Shown: positions 60,846-64,000 of the stretch, one piece after another
Layout: each line of letters begins with the position of its first letter
Numbering within the stretch: the stretch's first letter is position 1
NCBI GenBank assembly: GCA_008632985.1
Contig: QPGO01000016.1
Coordinates: 344,840-408,839, forward strand
DNA length: 64,000 bases
Direction: 5' to 3'
Origin: Psammoneis japonica
Lineage: Eukaryota
The notes under the pieces: generated by a model
What the model was told of the DNA's origin: nothing
Seen by the model: only the letters and a program-made list of their open reading frames with translations
The model's database searches: none
Translations under genes and position numbers: made by a program

Positions 60846-61816
60846 GGTGGATTGATTCTTGAGCTGCTCCCCTCTCAGTTGAGCACACTTCCAAGTTGCA
60901 CTTGGACATTGGGCCTTTTGATGGCTGTCCAAAGCACAAGGAGCTTGCTGTGTGTTGGTGTGCTGTCACGGGGGAGAGCCAAAGGAGCAGCCACAGAGGT
61001 CCAGAGGGGGTTTGTTGGAGGATGAGGCACACCAGGTCATTGGTGGAAGTGTGCACGTGAGTGGTGAGGATGCAGCGGGCTTGCAAAGGGGCTTGGTTCA
61101 TGCATGTGGAGCAATTCCTGGGCAGGTGAGGTGGGCAGCTTCAGTGGGCGTGGAGGGTGGTGCCGTGAGTGTTGTGTCATGACAAGCACAGATGGAGAAG
61201 GAGCTGAAGGGCTTAAATGGTTGCTGGGGTGCACTGGACAGCAAAAGCGAAATGACCCGTTGGTAGTTGTCTCGGTCATTATTGGGTTCTCTGTGGGCAT
61301 GTCTCGTCTGTGGGAGGAAATGACTCGTCGAACATCATCGAGCACGGCTCGGGGGAGGAGCGGAGTGGTTCTTTGGAGATGTTCGATCGGTCATCGATCG
61401 GGTCATTGATCAGGGGGCTTCAATGGAGGGAAATAAAGGGCGGGCGACAAGCGACGGTGGCGGCAAAGGAAGGCGAAAGTAATGATGCGCGTTGTGGTGG
61501 TCTGGGGGCGGATCAGGGGGGCAGAGCAAAGTACGAGTGCGTGCTCTGTGATAGCTCTACTCTCTAGTAGCTAGAGCTCTATTCTACTCTCTTGCTCTAG
61601 AGAGTAGAGAGCGCCGTCATCATGGAGGGTCATCGCAATTCTGAACGGTCGAACGCGGCAATAGGAATCGGGGATACTTAAAAGAATTTTTTGTCCTCAT
61701 TCTGTAGAAGTAAATACTGTAGTTCGTCCGATGACCAAATTTTCATTTTGAAAGTTTGACTCTTTCAATTCCCCGAAGACCCATCATGAAACGCGACACG
61801 GCCAACAAAAAGCGTC

Positions 61817-62766
61817 ATGAGATTGTCTACATCAAGCGCCCTATTCATTGCGGCTAGCTTCCAACTTGTCCAACATAGCTTTGGCCAGGAATGCGAAGTA
61901 AAAGGGTGCTGCGAGGGCGATTGCTGTTCCCAAGGTCTATACTGGGACTTTACCCAGAACTTATGCTTACCGGGTTAGTTTCTAGTCTGGAGATATGTGA
62001 CTCGATGATGAAGTTGGTTGATTCCTTAGGTAGCTTACCTCCTTTTCTTCTTGGTCTTATAGATCCATGGTCGCCAGGTTTTCAAGGCGATTATGACCCA
62101 GACTTTGACTTTGGCTGTGCAAATCGCTTTTGCTGCGACATGGATTGCTGCGGCGACGGCGCCATCTACGATGAGGATCTGCAGTGTTGCGTCCCAGAAG
62201 ATGGTGAAATCTTTACTGTTTCTCCCACAATGGCCCCAACTACAAATGGCACAAACGAAACAGTCCCTTCTACTCCGAAAAAGCCCTTGAAGAAGATTCG
62301 GATCTCGAAATTCTGCATTGAGGGAAGTCCGAGATTTCTTGAAGCGTTTGGCGGTGATCTCGAAGTGTATCTCCATCTCAATGCAGACCGAAGGTACTAT
62401 CCAAAAATGGGACAAGATCCTGCTGAAGTAGATTTCAATGATTGCCTTGATGTGCCGCTGGCTGACTCCGGTGGCTTCGTTAACCACCCTAACTGGAAGT
62501 CAATTTTTGTCGGTGTTGAAGACGTCGACGATTTGTCTTCAAATGACGTTGGGTCTGCAAATGCTCCTCCAGCCAAATGGTTCAATCCCATTTGCACGCC
62601 TTACGAAGTTAGAATCTATTTAACATTTACCCCTGAAAAGCAGGTCACCCAGTGCTACTCTGTCAACATTACAACTTCGGGATTCTCTGCGGGTTTCCAA
62701 CGTTGCGAAAACTTCACAGCTCCTGCAGAGAGTTTGCTCTGGATAGTTGAAGTGCACCCGCGCTGA
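61817..62766 (+). CDS. Secreted Cys-rich hypothetical protein (intron 61974-62062)
   Basis: ATG 61817 gives MRLSTSSALFIAASFQLVQHSFG-QECEVKGCCEGDCCSQG. A GTTAGT..ATAG intron joins it in frame to DPWSPG. The CCxxxCCxxGxx(W/Y)D motif occurs twice. Confidence 0.7.
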
Positions 62767-62984
62767 GGAACTTTCTTTTTTTTTTCACCGTTGGTATGCT
62801 TTTGTCGAATGTGATTCAGTATCCATAACGCGCGGTACGGGACCCGGTTCAAGCAGGGACAATCCGAGAAAGACAGTTGAAGCGAACGATTGCTATGTTG
62901 ATCTATTTATCTGCATTATAAGATATATGTTAGAAGAAAAGCCGATAGCAGCTATAGAATTTTACCCAATGTGCTGTTGAGCTA

Positions 62985-64000
62985 TCAACTTGGCTCGGCT
63001 ACGTCCCAGCCGAGACAAGTCGAATTCCTGCCTGTTGTCGCCGGGTCAGCTCTACTCCGGAAGCAAGGTAGCACATGATGGTCCCACACCGGTCGCGGAG
63101 CCGTAGGGAGGAGCCGCGAGAGTGCTTGACGACTGCATCCATGCTTCAAACGCGAACATGTCAAAATTACTTTTCGCTTTTCGCGGGCTGATCGGGAACC
63201 GCCTGCAAGGCCGCTTTCATTGCCCAAGCCCTCCCCCGACAACACACCCACCTCAAGGACAAACAAACCCAAAGCACACTCTTCCAATGATGTGCTGTCA
63301 CTTCGATCACTCACCTCCTCACCATGGATGTTTGCTTCCAGTCCTCCAGCAATCTGGACCCATTCCACTGGGCCTCCTCCCCTTTGCCAACGCCGTTGTT
63401 GGTGACTCTCTCTGCTTTGTGCCCCACCCGACTGCCACCTCTTTGCCTCCTCCGACAACAGCTCAACTGACAATCTTCCTTCCAGCCAATCTTGGCAGTG
63501 TTGGCTGCCAAGGCATTCCCACCTTGGCTGTCCCCTTTTCCCTTTTATCTCCCTCACCCATGCTCTCCGTGGTGTTGCCAAACAGGGCGTGTTCTCAATC
63601 TGCGACCAGAGCTTTGAAGCACCACCCAGCCAATCCTCTGTTCTTTCCTTCTTGGACTCATTCTCAACTCTGCCTTCATCTCTGCACCATCTTCTGCCTT
63701 CTCTTCCCAACACTCTTTCAACTTGACTCCCGCAGTTGCTCTGTGCTGTCCTCAACCACAACCTCTGAGGCTTGTCTCAATGTGCCCCTTTTTCAATGCC
63801 ACCCACCCTTCAGCTGGTCCTTCTCTCCCCTCACCAGCCTTTGCCTCCACTCTCTTTCTTGAGCCTTCCCAAGTTGCTGCCTCTCATCAACTCAGTTTGC
63901 TCTTCTCCTCTGCAACTCTGCAACTCTGCCTCCCTGCCATTCCTCCCAGTCCATGGAACCTCCGTTTCTCCTGTGGACACTCCCACCCTGACCCCTTTGG
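62985..64000 (+). mobile_element. Probable 5' part of a degenerate non-LTR element entering a hypermutated domain
   Basis: C-rich strand. RFHCP resembles the FRFCCP segment at 61230-61260(-). TpA is almost absent after ~63170. Confidence 0.35.

Larger units (their letters stand above)
53900..61250. other. TpA/CpG-depleted hypermutated domain made of retroelement debris
   Basis: Same dinucleotide skew as the other domains, with Tyr-poor ORFs in all six frames. Confidence 0.92.

Noticed and set aside
42690..61250. Classical fungal RIP or simple CpG methylation decay as the full explanation
   Set aside because: RIP creates TpA and CpG decay leaves TpA unchanged. Here TpA is the most depleted dinucleotide and the MITE pair shows TA->TG/CA.

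Overview
This is eukaryotic DNA, most likely from a diatom. The evidence is short GT-AG introns, bipartite plastid-targeting signals, a mitochondrion-targeted PGK and CoDi-like copia remnants. Normal gene-dense blocks encode a cyclophilin, a GACC-repeat secreted protein, MscS, PhoD, a VWD protein, a truncated globin, a signal-peptide-bearing proteasome alpha-like subunit, PGK, IspH, Notchless, an RmlD-like protein, an AAA+TPR protein, a 5'-nucleotidase/EF-hand protein and a TPR/DUF4470 protein. These alternate with sharply bounded domains (~1-430, ~8720-15950, ~16345-17060, ~42690-52030, ~53900-61250, ~63170-64000). In those domains TpA is nearly absent, CpG is depleted and TpG/CpA are very abundant. 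They hold decayed copia, non-LTR and possibly hAT elements, tandem duplications and dead host genes. A ~400-bp MITE occurs both intact (31008-31403) and inside such a domain (~48230-48631). The two copies show directly that TpA->TpG/CpA and CpG->TpG/CpA changes have both accumulated, and conserved tyrosines in the dead genes read His or Cys. 5mC deamination explains the CpG changes but not the TpA changes. The best candidate for a novel system is therefore a region-targeted, RIP-like TpA-directed A:T->G:C hypermutation process acting on repeats or heterochromatin. All counts and alignments were made by eye. Several intact-looking genes carry single frameshifts that are probably assembly indels.
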